Shown: positions 14,481 to 28,345 of the stretch, piece after piece | How the letters are laid out: every line of letters starts with the position of its first letter | Numbering within the stretch: position 1 is the first letter of the stretch | Assembly (NCBI RefSeq): GCF_009914755.1 | Contig: NC_060947.1 | Strand: one strand, 5' to 3' | DNA: 64,000 nt | Origin: the human T2T-CHM13v2.0 reference genome, Homo sapiens | The notes under the pieces: model-generated | What the model saw: the letters and a program-made list of their open reading frames with translations, nothing else | Databases searched by the model: none | Told to the model about the DNA's origin: nothing | Program-made: the position numbers and the translations under genes

Positions 14481-17400
14481 TATCTTGTAGGATGACCATG
14501 ATTAAATTTAAACTATGCATATTGTTTCTGATTTTACAGATTTTAATAATAATCTCTCTCTGATATTTTATTTCCAGGCTCAAAGATCATACTGGTTTCT
14601 ATCTTAGATCAAATAGTATCTCTACTTCACCTATTTCTTTTAATATTTTTTAATTTTTGTGGATACATAGTAGGTGTATATAAATATATCCCATATGGGG
14701 TATATGAGATATTTTGACACTCTTTTAGTTGTTTAAATGTGCAATTAAATTATTATTGACTGCAGTCACCCTCTTGTCCTATTGATTATATTTTTTGTAC
14801 CTATTAAACATCCCCCCAACCCCACTATACTTCCCAAATTCTGGTAACCATCTCAATGAGTTCAATTGTTTTTGATTTTTAGATCCCACAAATAAGTGAG
14901 AATGTGTGATGTTGGTCTTTCTGTGCCTGGTTGATTTCATTCAAAAAAATAATATTCATTTCCATCCATGTTATTGTAAATGACAGGATCTCATATTTTT
15001 TTTGGCTGAATAGCACTCCATTGTGTATATGTACCACATTTTCTTTATACACTCACCTGCTGATGGACACTTAGGTTGCTTCCAAACCTTGGCTATTGTG
15101 AATAGTGCTGCAACAAACATGAGAGTCCAGGTATCTCTTTAATATACTGACTTCCTTTCTTTTGGGTATATACCCAGCAGTGGGATTGCTGGATCATATG
15201 GTAGCTCAATTTTTAGCTTTTTGAGGGACCTCCAAATTGTTCTCCATAGTGGTTGTACTAATGTACATTCCCACCAACAGTGTACCAGGATTCCCTTTTC
15301 TCTACATTCTCGTCAGCATTTATTATTGCCTGTCTTTTGGATGTAAGCCATTTTAACTGGGGTAAGATGATATTTCATTGTGATTTGCATTTCTCTGATG
15401 ATCAGTGATATCAAGCACCTTTTCATATGCCTGTTTGCCATCTATGTCTTCTTTTTGAGAAATGTCTAGTCAAATCTTTTGCCTATGTTTTGATCCAGTT
15501 ATTAGGATTTTTCCTATAGAATTGTTTGAGCTCCTTATATATTCTGGCTATTAATCTCTTGACAGATGGGGAGATTAAAAATATTTCCTCCCCATTCTGT
15601 GGATTGTCTCTTCACTTTGCTGATTGTATCCTTTGCTGTGCAGAAGCTTTTTAACTTGACGTGGTCCCATGTGTCCATTTTTGCTTTGGTTTCCTGTTTG
15701 TAGGGTATTACTCAAGAAATCTTTTCCCAGACCAATGTCCTGGAGAATTTCCCCAAATGTTTTCTTGTAGTAGTTTCATAGTTTGCATTCTTAGATTTAA
15801 GTTTTTAATCCATTTTGATTTGCCTTTTGTATATGGCGAGAGATAGGGGTCTAGTTTCATTCTTCTGCATATGAATATCCAGTTTCTCCAGCAACATTTA
15901 TTGAAGAGACTGTCTTTTCCCCAGTGTATGTTCTTGGCACCTTTGTCAAAAATGAGTTCACTATAGGTCTGTGAATTTATTTCGGAGTTCTCTATTCTGT
16001 TCTGTTGGTCTGTGTGTCTGTTATTATGGAAGTACCATTCTGTTTTGGTTACTATAGCTCTGTAGTATAATTTGGAGTCAGATATTGTAATTCCTCCAGT
16101 TTTGTTCTTCTTCTTAGGATAGCTTTGGCTATTTTGGGTCTTTTCTGGTTTTATATAAATTTTAGGATTGTTTTTCTATTTCTGTCAAGAATATCATTGG
16201 TATTTTGACAGTGATTGCATTGAATCTGTAGATTGCTTTGGGTAGTATGGACATTTTAAAATTATTAATTTTTCCAATCTATAAATATGGAATATCCTTC
16301 CATTAGTTGGTGTCCTCTTCAATTTCTTTCATCAGTGTTTTACGGTTTTCACTATAGAGATCTTTTACTTCTTTGGTTAAGCTAATTCCTAGGTATTTAA
16401 TTTTATTTGTGGCTACTGTAAAGGGGATTACTTTTTTATTTCTTTTTCAGATTGTTCACTGTTGGTATATGGAAATGATACTGATTTTTGTATGTTGATT
16501 TTGTATCCTGCAACTTTACTGAATTTGTTTATCAGTTCTAATAGTTTTGTTATGGAGTCTTAAGAGTTCTCCAAATATGAGATCATATCATCTGCAAACA
16601 AGGATAATTTGACTTCTTCCTTTCTAATTTGGATGCCCTTTATATCTTTCTCTTGTATGATTGCTTTAGCTGTACTAGACTTCCAGTACTATGTTGAATA
16701 AAAGTGGTGACAGTGGACATTCTTGTCGTGTTCCAGATCTTAGAGGAAATGCTTTCAGTTTTTCCTCATTCAGCATGGTATTAGCTGTGGGTCTGTCATA
16801 TATGGCTTTGATTACGTTGAGGTATGTTCCCTCTAGATCCAGTTTTTCAAGAGTTTTTATTGTGAAAGGATGTTGAACTTGGTCAAATGCTTTTTCAACA
16901 CCAGTTGAAATAATCATATGAATTTTGTCCTTCATTTTGTTGATATCATGTATCACATTGACTGATTTGCATATGTGGAGCCATCCTTGCATCCCAGGGA
17001 TAAATCCCACTTGGTCACGATGAATGATCTTTCTAATGTATTGTTGAATTCAATTTGCTAGTATTTTGTTGAGGATTTTTGCATCAGTATTCATCAGAGA
17101 TATTGGCCTGTAGTTTTCATTGTTTGCTGCATCTTTGGTTTTGCAATCAGGGTAATTTTGGCCTGTTAGAATGAGTTTGGAAAGTATTTCTTTCTCCTCT
17201 ATTATTTGGAATAATTTGACTAGTGTTGGTATTAGTTCTTTAAATATTTGGTAGAATTCACCAGTGAAACCACTGGGTCCTGGTCTTTTCCTTACTGGGA
17301 GACTTTTTTTATTATGGTGTCAGTCTCATTACTTGTTATTTGTCTGCTCAGGCTTTGGATTTCTTTATGGTTCAATAATGGCAGGTTGTATGTGTCTAAG

Positions 17401-18067
17401 AATTGTCCATTTCTTCTAGGTTTCCAAATAAACTTCTGGGTTTATTGGCATATAGTTGCTCATAGTAGCCACTAATGATCCTTTGAATTTCTGCAGTATT
17501 AATTCTGCAGTTGTAATGTTTCCTTTTTCATTTCTGATTTTATTTATTTGGGTTATCTCTCTGTTTTTCTTAGTCTAGCTAAAGTTTTGTCAATTTTGTT
17601 TAACTTTTCAAAAAATAACTTTTTGTTTCATTGATTTTTATATATTTTTTTCATTTCAAATTCATTTTTTTCAGCTCTGATCTTTATTATTTCTTCTGCT
17701 AATTTTGGGCTTGGTTTACTCTTGCTTTTCTAGTTTTTCAAGATGCATCATTAGGTTGTTTATTTGGAGTTTTTTTTATGTAGGCACTTATGACTATAAA
17801 TTTCCCTCTTAGTACTGCTTTTGCTGTATCTCATAGGTTTTGGTATGTTGTGTTTCTAATATTATTTGTTTCAAGAAATTTTTGAATTTCCTTCTTAATT
17901 TCTTCATTGATCCACTGGTTTTTCAGGAGCATATTTTTAATTTCCATGTGTTTGTATGGTTTCTAGAATTTCTCTTATTATTGATTTCTAGTTTTATTCC
18001 ATTGTGGTCAGAAAAGATGCTTGATATAATTTTATTTTTTGGGATATTTTAAGATTTGTTTTGTGTC

Positions 18068-18498
18068 TGATATGGTTTGGATCTCTGTCCCCAGCAAAAT
18101 TGCATATCAAATTTTAATTCCTGAAGTTGGAGGTGGGGCCAGGTAGGAGGTAATTGGTTCATGGGGTTGAGTTTTTCATAAATGGTTTAGCACCATACTC
18201 TTGGTGCTGTTCTCATGATAGTGAATGATTTCTCATGAGATCTGGTTGTTTAAAAGTATGTAGCACCTTTCCCCTCACTCTGTCTCTTGTTCCTGCTCCT
18301 GCCATGTAAGATGCGCCTGCTTTCGGTTCTGCTTTCACCATGATTGTAACCTTTCTGAGGTCTTCCCAGAGGCCTAGTACATGCCAACATCATGCTTCCT
18401 ATACAGCCTGAAGAACCATGAACCAATTAAACCTCTTTTCTTTATAAATGCCCAGTCTCAGGTATTTCTTTATAGCAATGTGAGAATGAACTAATACA
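18068..18498 (+). mobile_element. MSTA-type MaLR solo LTR
   Basis: tgatatggtttggatctctgtcccc...gaactaataca. 5-bp TSD gtgtc/gtgac. Confidence 0.9.
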
Positions 18499-18829
18499 GT
18501 GACTTAACGTATGGTCTATCCTTGAGTATGATCCATGTACTGAGGAGAAGAATTTATATTCTTTAGCCATTGGATGAAATATTCTGTAAATATATATTAG
18601 GTCCATTTGTTCTATTTTTTTCCGTAAATTATTGGGGTACAGGTGGTATTTGGTTACATGAGTAAGTCCTTTAGTGGTGATCTGTGAGATTTTGGTGCAC
18701 CCATCACCCGAGCAGTATACACTACAGCATATTTGTAGTCTTTTATCCCTTGTCCCTCCCACTCTTCTGCCCAAGTCCCCAAAATCCATTGTATCATTCT
18801 TATGTCTTTGCATCCTCATAGCTTAGATC

Positions 18830-21800
18830 CCACATATCAGTGAGAACATACGATGTTTGGTTTTCCATTCCTGAGCTACTTCACTTAGAATAATAATCTC
18901 CCATCTCATCCAGGTCACTGGAAATGCTGTTAATCCATTCCTTTCTATGGCTGCATAGTATTTCATCATATGTGTATATACCACAGTTTCTTAATCTACT
19001 CATTGATTGATGGGCATTTGGGTTGGTTCCATGATTTTGCAGTTGTGAATTGTGCTGCTATAAACATGTGTGTGCAAGTATCTTTTTCAAATAATGACTT
19101 ATTTTCCTCTGGTTAGATCTCCAGTAGTGGGATTGCTGGATCAAATGGTAGTTCTAGTTTTAATTATTTAAGGAATCTCCACACTGTTTTCCATAGTGGC
19201 TATACTAGTTTGCATTCCCACCAGCAGTGTAGAAGTGTTCCCTGTTCACTGCATCCACGCCAACATCTACTGTTTTTTGATTTTTTGATTATGGCCATTC
19301 TTGCAGAAGTAAGAATGCAGTATTGCATTGCAGTTTTGATTTTCATTTCCCTCATCATTAGCAATGTTGAGCATTTTTTCGTAAGTTTGTTGGCCATTTG
19401 TATATCTTCTTTTGAGAATTGTCTATTCATGCCCTTAGCCCACTTTTTTATGGGATTGTTTGTTTTTTCTTACTGATTTGTTTGAGTTTGTTGTAGATTC
19501 TGGATATTAGTCCTTTGCCACATGTATAGATTGTGATGATTTTCTCCCACTCTGTGGGTTGTCTGTTTACTCTGCTGACTATTCGTTTTGCCGTGCAAAA
19601 GCTCTTTAGTTTAATTAGGTCCCAGCTATTTATCTTTGTTTTTATTGCATTTGCTTTTGGGTTCTTGGTCATGAAATCCTTGCCTAAGCCAATGTCTAGA
19701 AGGGTTATTCCAATGTTATCTTCTAGAATTTTTATAGTTTCAGGTCTTAGGTTTAAGTCCTTAATCCATCTTGAGTTAATTTTTGTATAAGGTGAGAGAT
19801 GAGGATCCAGTTTCATTCTCGTACATGTGGCTAGCCAATAATCCCAGCACCATTTGTTGAAAAGCATGTCCTTTCCTGACTTTATGTTTTTGTTTGCTTT
19901 GTGGAAGATCAGTTGGCTGTAAGTATTTGAGTTTATTTCAGGGTTCTCTATTGTGTTCCATTGGTCTACATGCCTAATTTTATACCAGTACCATGCTGTT
20001 TTGGTGACTATGGCCTTATAGTACAGTTTGAAATCAGGTAATGTGATGCCTCCTTATTTGTTCTTTTTGTTTGGTTTTGCTTTGGCTATGCAGGCTCTTT
20101 TTTGGTTCCATATGAATTTTAGAATTTTTTTCTAATTCTGTGAAGAATGATGGTGATATTTTGATGGGAATTGCATTGAATTTGTAGATTGCTTTTGGCA
20201 GTATGGTCATTGTCACAATATTGATTCTACCTATCCATGAGCATGGGATGTGTTTCCATGTCTTTGTGTCATCTATGATTTCTTTCAGCAGTGTTTTGTA
20301 GTTTTCCTTGCAGAGGTCTTTCGACTCCTTGTTTAGGTATATTCCTAAGTACATATATTATTTGCAGCTATTGTAAAAGGGGTTGAGTTCTTGATTTGAT
20401 TCTCCACTTGGTCGCTGTTGGTGTATAGAAGAGCTTCTGATTTGTGTACATTAATCTTTTATCTGGAAACTTTGCTGAATTCTTTTATCAGTTCTGGAGC
20501 TTTCTGGAAGAGTCCTTAGGGTTTTCAAGGTAAACGATCATATCATCAGCAAACAGTAACAGTTTGACTTCCTCTTTGCTGATTTGGAAGCCCTTTATTT
20601 CTTTCTCTTGTCTGATTGCTCTGGCTAGGACTTCCAGTACTATGTTGAAGAGGACTGGTGAGAGTGGGCATCCTTGTCTTGTTCCCATTCTCAAAGGGAA
20701 TGCTTTCAACTTTTCCCCATTCAGTATTATTCTGGCTGTGGGTTTGTCATAGATGGCTTTTATTACATTAAGGTATGTCCCTTGTATGCTGATTTTGCTG
20801 AGTTTTAATCATAAAGGGGTGCTGGATTTTGTTGAATGTTTTTTCGGCATCTATTGAGATGATCATGTGATTTTTGTTTTTAATTCTGTTTATGTGGTGT
20901 ATCACATTTATTGACTTGCATATGTTAAGCCATCCCTGCATCACTGGTATGAAATCCGCTTGATGATGCTGGAGTATCTTTTTGATATGTTGTTGGATTT
21001 GGTTAGCTAGCATTTTGTTAAGGATTTTAGCATCTATGTTCATGAAGGATATTGGTCTGTAATTTTCTTTCTTGGTTATGTCCTTTCCTGGTTTTGGTAT
21101 TAGGGTGATGCTGGCTTCATAGAATGAATTAGGGAGGGTTTCTTCTTTCTCCGTCTCGTGGAATAGTGTCAAAAGGATTGGTACCAATTCTTCTTTGAAT
21201 GTCTGGTGAACTCTGCTGTGAATCCATCTGGTCCTGGGCTTTTTTTGTTGGTAATTTAAAAATTACTATTTCAATCTCGCTTATTGTTATTGTTCTGTTC
21301 AGGGTATCTAATTTGTCCTGATTTAAGCTAGGAAGGTTGTATTTTTCCAGGAATTTATCCATTTCTTCTAGGTTTCCTAGTTTATGTGTGTAAAGGTGTT
21401 CATAGTAGCCTTGAATGTTCTTTTGTATTTCAGTGGTTTCAGTTGTAATATCTCCTGTTTTATTTCTTAGTGAGGTTATTTCGATTTTATCTCTTCTTCG
21501 TTAATCTTGCTAATGGTCTGTCAATTTTATTTATCTTTTCAAAGAACCAGCTTGTTTCATTTATCTTTTGTATTTTTTGTTTGTTTGTTTCAATTTCATT
21601 TAGTTCTGCTCTGATCTTGGTTATTTCCTTTCTTCTGCTGGGTTTGGGTTTGGTTTGTTCTTGTTTCTCTAGTTCCTTGAGGTGTGACCTTAGAATGTCA
21701 GTTTCTGCTCTTTCAGTCTTTTTGATGTAGGCGTTTAGTGCTATGAACTTTCCTCTTAACACCACCTTTGCTGTGTCCCAGAGGTTTTGATAGGTTGTGT

Positions 21801-22643
21801 CATTATTGTCATTCAGTTCAAAGAATTTTTAAATTTCCATCTTGATTTCGTTTTTGACCCAATGCTCATTCAGGAGCAGGTTATTTAATTTCCATGTTTG
21901 TGCATGGTTTTGAAGTTTCCTTTTGGAGTTGATGTCTAGTTTTATTCCAGTGTGGTCTGGGAGAGTGCTTGGCATAATTTCGGTTTTCTTAAATTTATTG
22001 AGGCTCATTTTAGGGCCTATCATATGGTCTATCTTGGAGAAAATTCCATGTGCTGTTAAATAGAATGTGTATTCTGTGGTTGTTGGATGAAATGTTCTGT
22101 ATATATCTGTTAAGTCCATTTGTTCCAAGGTATAGTTTGAATCCATTGTTTCTTTTTTGACTTTCTGTCTTGATGATCTGTGTAGTGCTGTCAGTGGAGT
22201 AATGAAGTCCCCCACTGTTATTGTGTTGCTGTCTATCTCATTTCTTAGGTCTATTGATAATTGTTTTATAAATTTGGGAGCTCCAGTGTTAGGTGCCTAT
22301 TGTTTAGGATTGTGATATTTTCCTGTTGGACAAGGCCTTTTATCATTATATAATGTCCCTCTTTGTCTCTTTTAACTGCTGTTGCTTTGAAGTTTGTTTT
22401 GTCTGATACAAGAATAGCTTCCTCTGCTGGCTTTCGGTGTTCATTTGCGTGAAATGCCTTTTTCTACCCCTTTACTTTAAGTTTATGCAAGTCTTTATGT
22501 GTTAGGTGAATCACCTGAAGGCAGCAGATAGTTGATTGGTGAGTTCTTATCCATTCTATGGTTCTATATCTTTTAACTGGAGCATTTAGGCCATTTACAT
22601 TCAATGTTAATATTGAAATGTGAGGTACCCTTGCATTCATCAT
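18830..22643 (-). pseudogene. Disrupted L1PB ORF2
   Basis: Fragments [28 protein letters not shown] and [18 protein letters not shown], with many stops/frameshifts. Confidence 0.92.
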
Positions 22644-22713
22644 GTTCTTTGTTGCCTGTATACCTTGTTTTTTGTTTTTAATTTGTATTTTTGTTTTATA
22701 GGTCCTGTGTGAT

Positions 22714-23731
22714 TTATGCTTTAAAGAAGTTCTGCTTTGTTGTGTTTCCAGGATTTGTTTCAAGATTTAGAGCTCCTTTGAACAGTACTTGTAGTGGTGG
22801 CTTGGTAATGGCACATTCTGTCAGCATTTGTTTGTCTGAAAATGACTGTTTCTTTCCTTCATATATGATGCTTAGTTTTGCTGGATAGAAAATTCTTGGC
22901 CGATAATTGTTTTGTTTGGGGAGGCTTAGGGTAGGGCTCCAATCCCTTCTAGCTTGTAGGGTTTCTGCTGAGAAATCTGCTGTTAATCTGATAGGTTTTC
23001 CATTATAGGTTACCTGGTACTTCTGTCTCACAGCTCTTAAGATTCTTTTCTTCGTCTTAACTTTGTATAACCTGATGACAATGTGCCTAGGTGAAGATCT
23101 TTTTGCAATGAATTTCCTGGATGTTATTTGTGCTTCTTATATTTGGATGTCTAGGTCTCTAGCGAGGCCAGGGAAGTGTTCCTCGATTATTCCCCCAAAT
23201 ATGTTTTCCAAGCTTTTAGAATTCTCTTCTTCCTCAGAAACACTGATTATTCTTAGGCTTGGTCACTTAACATAATCCCAGACTTCTTGAGGTTTTGCAC
23301 ATATTTTCTTATTATTTTTTCTTATCTTTGTTAGATTGGGTTAATTCAAAGACCTTGTCTTCAAGCTCTGAATTTATTTCTTCTGCTCATTCAGTCTGAT
23401 TGCTGAGACTTCCCAGAGCTTTTCACATTTCTAAAAGTGTGTACAAAATTTCCTGAATTTTTGATTGTCTTTTATTTATGCTGTCTATTTCCTTGAATAT
23501 TTCCTCCTTCACTTCTTGTATCAGTTTTTGGATTTCCTTGCATTGGACTTTGCCTTTCTCTGGTCCTTCCCTGATTAGCTTACTAACTAACCTCCTGAAT
23601 TCTTTTTCAGGTAAATCAGGGATTTCTTCTTGGTTTGGATCCATCGCTGGTGAACTAGTGTGATTTTTTGGGGGTGTTGCAGAGCCTTGTTTTGTCATAT
23701 TACCAGAGTTGGTTTTCTGGTTCCTTCTCAT
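22714..23731 (-). pseudogene. Disrupted L1PB ORF1
   Basis: MRRNQKTNSGNMTKQG... and GKPIRLTADFSAETLQARRDW fragments. Confidence 0.9.
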
Positions 23732-23804
23732 TTGGGTAGGCTCTGTCAGAGGGAAGGTCTAGGGCTGAAGGCTGTTGTTCAGATTCTGTTGTCCCACAGG
23801 GTGG

Positions 23805-23914
23805 TCCCTTGATGTAGTACCCTCCCTTGATGTAGTGCTCTTCCTTGATATAGTACTCTTCCTTGATGTAGTACTCTTCCTTGATGTAGTACTCTTCCTT
23901 GATGTAGTATACTC
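23805..23914. repeat. 18-bp minisatellite, 6 copies, in L1PB 5'UTR
   Basis: Consensus ttccttgatgtagtactc repeated six times with few variants. Confidence 0.95.
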
Positions 23915-26900
23915 ATCTATGTATGTGGCTTCCTGTGAGCTGAACTGCAGTGATTCTTGTCTCTCTTCTGGGACTAGCCACCCAGCGAGTCTACCTGGCT
24001 CTGGGCTGGTACTGGGGGTTGTCTGCACAGAGTTCTGTGATGTGAACTGTCTATGGGTCTCTCAGCCTTGAATACCAGCCCCTGTTCTGGTGGAGGTTGA
24101 GGGGGTGGTGCATTGGACTCCATGGGGGTTCTTAGCTTTGGTGGTTTAATGCTCTATTTTTGTGCTTGTTGGCCTCCTTCCTGGAAGTGACGCTTTCCAG
24201 AGAGCATAAGCTGTGGTAGTATGGAGAGGCACCGGTGGTGGGCAGGGCCCTAGAACTCCCAAGATTCTATGCCCTTTGTCTTCCGCTACTGTGGTGGGTA
24301 GAGAAGGACCATCAGGTGGGGGCAGGGCTAGGTGTGTCTGAGCTCAGACTCTCCTTGGGTGGGTCTTGCTGCGGCTGCTGGGGGGGATGGGCGTGAGAGT
24401 CCCAAGTCACTGGAGTTGTGTACCTAGGAGGATTGTGGCTGCCTCTGCTGAGTCATGCAGGTTGTCAGGGAAGTGGGGGAAAGCTGGCAGTCACAGGCCT
24501 CACCCAGCTCCCGTGCAAACCCAAAGGCTGGTCTCACTCCCACCATGCCCCCTGCAATAGCCCCAAGTCCATTTCCAGGTGGAGGGTGAGATGGGCTTGA
24601 AAATCTGCCCCAGGCTACTTGCCTCCCAGCTGCGAAAGGAAAGGGCTTGGTTCTACCCCTGCCTGCGGAGTCTGCACACTGGATTTGCACCCTTCCCTGA
24701 GTTCTGGCCAGGAGGCTTCTCACCCTGTTCAAATTGTTACAAAGTTCAGCTAGAGATTTCCTTCTGTCTGTGGAGTTTTGCCCCCTGCTCCTCTGGCCAC
24801 CCCCTGGATGGGTCCCTGTGGTGCCAGGCAGGAATGGCCTGCTAGGGGACCCAGTGAGCTGCTGCTTCCTCTACCTCTATAGTTTGTTCGGCTCTCCAAA
24901 TTGACTCAGCTCCAGTTAAAGTCAGAAACTTCTCCTGCAAACAGGCCTTCAGTGTCTCCAGTTGGGGTGTGTGTTTGGGAGAGGAGGGTCTCAATTTCCC
25001 ATTTCCACAGTTGGGGCACTCACAGTATTTGGGGTGTCTCTTGGGTCATGCAGGAGCAGTCTGCTTCCTTCAGAGGGTCTGTGGGTCCTCTTGGGATTGC
25101 TGGTTTGTTCTTACCATCAATGTGGAGCTAAAATTCACAATGGGAGCCCCTGCATGCTGCTCTGTCTATAGCTGCAATCTAGTCCTGCCTCCCGTCCACC
25201 ATGATGATCCATTTGTTTTATAGTGCAGATTAAATCTAAGGTTTCTTTGTTGATTTTCTGTCTGGAAGATCTGTCCAATGCTGAAAAGGTGTTGAAGGCT
25301 GCAGCTATTATTGTATTGAAATCTTTCTCCCTCTTTAGCTATATTAATATTTGCTTTATATATCTAGGTCCATCAGTGTTGGAAGAATATATATTTAAAA
25401 TTGTTATATCCTCTTGCTGAATTGACCCCTTTATCATTATATAGTATCCTTCATTGTCTCTTCTTATAGTTGTCTTCTTGAAATCTGTTTTGTCTGATAT
25501 AAGTATAGTTACTCCTGCTCTTCTTTGGTTTCCGTTGTTATGAAATATCTTTTCCTATCCCTTTGTCTTCAGTCTATATGTATCTTTATAGGTGAAGTAT
25601 GTTTCTTGTAGGCAATAGATCAATGGGTATTGTTATTTATCCATTCAGCCAGTCTGTGTCTTGATTGGAGAGTTTAGTCTATTTACATTCAATGTTATTA
25701 TTGATAAGTAGGGACTTACTCCTGCCATTCTGTTATCTGTTTCCTGACTGTTTTGTGGTCTTCTCTTTCTTCTTTCTTTCCTTCCTGTCTTCTTTTTTGG
25801 TGAAGGTGTTTTTCTTTGGTGATATGATTTAGTTTCTTGATTTTTTTTTGGTATCTGTTGTATGTTTTTTGGTTTCAGGTTACCATGAGACTTGCAAGTA
25901 CTACCTTATAACCCATTATTTTAACCTGATAACAACTTACCTGTGTTTGCATAAACAAACAAGCAACAAGAAAACTAATAAAAACTCTGTCTCAACTCCA
26001 TCCCCTTGCTTTTTAACATTTTGTTGTTTCTATTTATATCTTACTGTACTGTCTATGTCTTGAAAAGTTGTTGTGGTTATTATTTTTTTATTCGTTCATC
26101 TTTTAGTCTTCCTACTTAGGAAAAGAGTAGTTTATAAACCACGATTACAGGGAGTTCTCTGGATTACCAGGCAGAGACTCATGTTCTCTTCCCCTACTTT
26201 CTCCCAAACAAATGGAATCTCTCTCCGTTCTGAGCCACCTAGAGCTGGGGATGGAGTGACACACGCCCCCCTGTGGCCACCACCACTATGACTGTGCTGG
26301 GCCAGACCTGAAGCCAGCACAGTACTGGGTCTCACCCAAGGCCTGCTGTAACCACTCCCTGGCCACTGCCTATGCTCAAGGATCTGGGGCTCTACACTCA
26401 GCCAGTGGCGAAGCCAGCCAGGCCTGTGTCCTTCCTTCAGGGCAGTAAATTACCCAGGCCCCAGGCGGGTCCAAAGGTGCTGTCTGGGAGTCAGCGATTA
26501 GAGTAAAAAACCTTAGAAGTCTACCTAGTGTTCTGTTGTACTGTAGCTGAGCTGGCACTGAAACCACAAGATGTGTTCTTTCCCACTCTTCTCTCTCTTT
26601 TCCAAAGGCAAAGGATCCTCACTCGTAGCCACTGCCACCACAGGCCATGGGGAGTACTGCCAGACTACGGCTGATGTTCCTTTAATCCCCAAGCGCTCTT
26701 AAATCAGAGGGTGGTGGGGTGGTTTCAGCAATTCAAGACTGGTGAATGCTGCCTGGCCTGGGACTCACCCTTTGGGCAGTGGATGCCCCTCTGGCCCAGG
26801 GCCGGTCCAGAAATGCCATCCAAGAGTCAAATTCTAGAATTGGTGACCTCAAGAGCCCACTTGGTGCTCTACATCTCAGTCTCAGTGCTGCTACCTGAGG

Positions 26901-28014
26901 TGTAAGACAAAATTCCCTTTACTTTTCCCTCTGCTTTTCCCAGGCAGAAGTTTTGCCCCTTTGCCACCATAGCTAATAATGCGCTGAGCCTCACCTGGAG
27001 TCAGCAATTTGCAGAGGCTCACCAAGGCCCTCAATGTGGTACCTGGCTATTACTGCTGGGTATTCAGGGCCCAAGGGTTCTTCAGTTAGCAGGTGATGAA
27101 TGCTACCAGGACTATGTGTTTCCCTTCAAGGAATGTTGTTTTATTTTTTCTGGCCCAGGTCGTGTCTAGAAATTTCATCTGGGAGTTAAAGCCTGGAACA
27201 GGGTCCTCACAAGTCTGGCCAGTGCCATATCCTGCTATGGTTAAGCTGATATCCAAGATGTAACACAAAGTCCCCCTCCCTCTTCCCTCTCTTCTCCTCA
27301 AGTGGAAGGAAGACATCTCTTTTGGAGCTGTGAGTTGTGCAGCCTGGGATTAGGGGAAGGGTGATGCCAGCATTCCCTTAGCCACTCCAGCTGGTGTCTC
27401 AGTAGGTCATACGCTCCTCAGTCCAGTGGCTGTGGGCATTACATCATTAGGATTCCCCTAGGTGTTGCAGTCCTTGTGGCCTAGACTGTCACATTTATTT
27501 AGAGCCCCATAGACAATGAAGAGTACTACCAAGCTGATTCTGCATTTAATGTATCATAATGACAATCTTGATGCATTGTTTTATGAATTATAGCCAAAAG
27601 AGCTTATACAGTATTAGACAAAAAAAATTCCCTACTTGTTTGTGAAGATAGTTAATCACCAGAGTTAGGAGCAGGGCAAGCTATTTTCTTTTCTAATCTA
27701 AATATGATTTTGTGATCAAGTTATAGAATTAGAATAGCTAGAACTCAAGATAGGGTATCTATCAGCTATTTTTAAAAAATTAGTGGAAGAATGTTAAATT
27801 TATATGCTTTTTTCATTATCACATGTAAGGAATAGCAGCAAATTGGTATTATTTAAATAACTTGCTTTGGGTATTTTCCTTATTGTAAATCCATATTTTG
27901 GACTTAAATTTATTTTTGGCATTTGTAATGAAATTTGTGGTTAGAAGTATAGCATTGTCAATTTTTTTCTCTGAATTAAACATATACTATTAAAAAAGTA
28001 AATCATAAATAGGA

Positions 28015-28345
28015 CCAAACCCTTGATACATGAAACAACATGGATGCATTTCAAACACATTATGCTAAGTGAAAGAGGCCAGGCTCAAAGGCTGCATACT
28101 GTGTGATTCCATTTATAGGACATTCTGGAAGAATCAAAACTATAGAGACAGAAAACAAATGAGTAGTTCTAGGGGCTGGGGCCAAAGGGAATTGGGGAAT
28201 TTTTTAGGATGATTGAATGGTTCCATATCTTGAGTTTGGTGGGGTAGTCACATGACTATATACATTTGTCAAAACTCACAGACTGTACACTGAAAAGGAT
28301 CATTTGTACTGTAATAAATTATCCCTTCAAACAAACAAACAAAAG
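28015..28345 (+). mobile_element. Old L1M (MB/ME) 3' end
   Basis: aacatggatgcatttcaaacacattatgctaagtgaaagaggccag...gtcaaaactcacagactgtacac followed by an A-rich tail. Confidence 0.8.

Larger units (their letters stand above)
18615..25207 (-). mobile_element. Full-length LINE-1, L1PB1-like, inactive, nested in L1MA
   Basis: 3' end ttattggggtacaggtggtatttggttacatgagtaag. ORF2/ORF1 remnants and long 5'UTR. TSD tccatttgtt(c/t)ta at 18602-18614 and 25208-25220. Confidence 0.93.
14640..27510 (-). mobile_element. L1MA (MA2/3-like) element interrupted by MSTA and L1PB, ORF1 deleted
   Basis: 3' end tttttgtggatacatagtaggtgtatat. ORF2 remnants ([18 protein letters not shown]). EN region resumes at 25208. 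5'UTR 26150-27510. Confidence 0.85.

Noticed and set aside
18442-18819. 125-aa minus-strand ORF
   Set aside because: Chance read-through across L1PB 3'UTR, L1MA endonuclease remnant and MSTA LTR.
23805-23914. CRISPR-like array or repeat protein (TTSRKS/DVVLFL)n
   Set aside because: Units are directly adjacent with no spacers and lie inside an L1 5'UTR. The repetitive peptides only reflect the 18-bp period.
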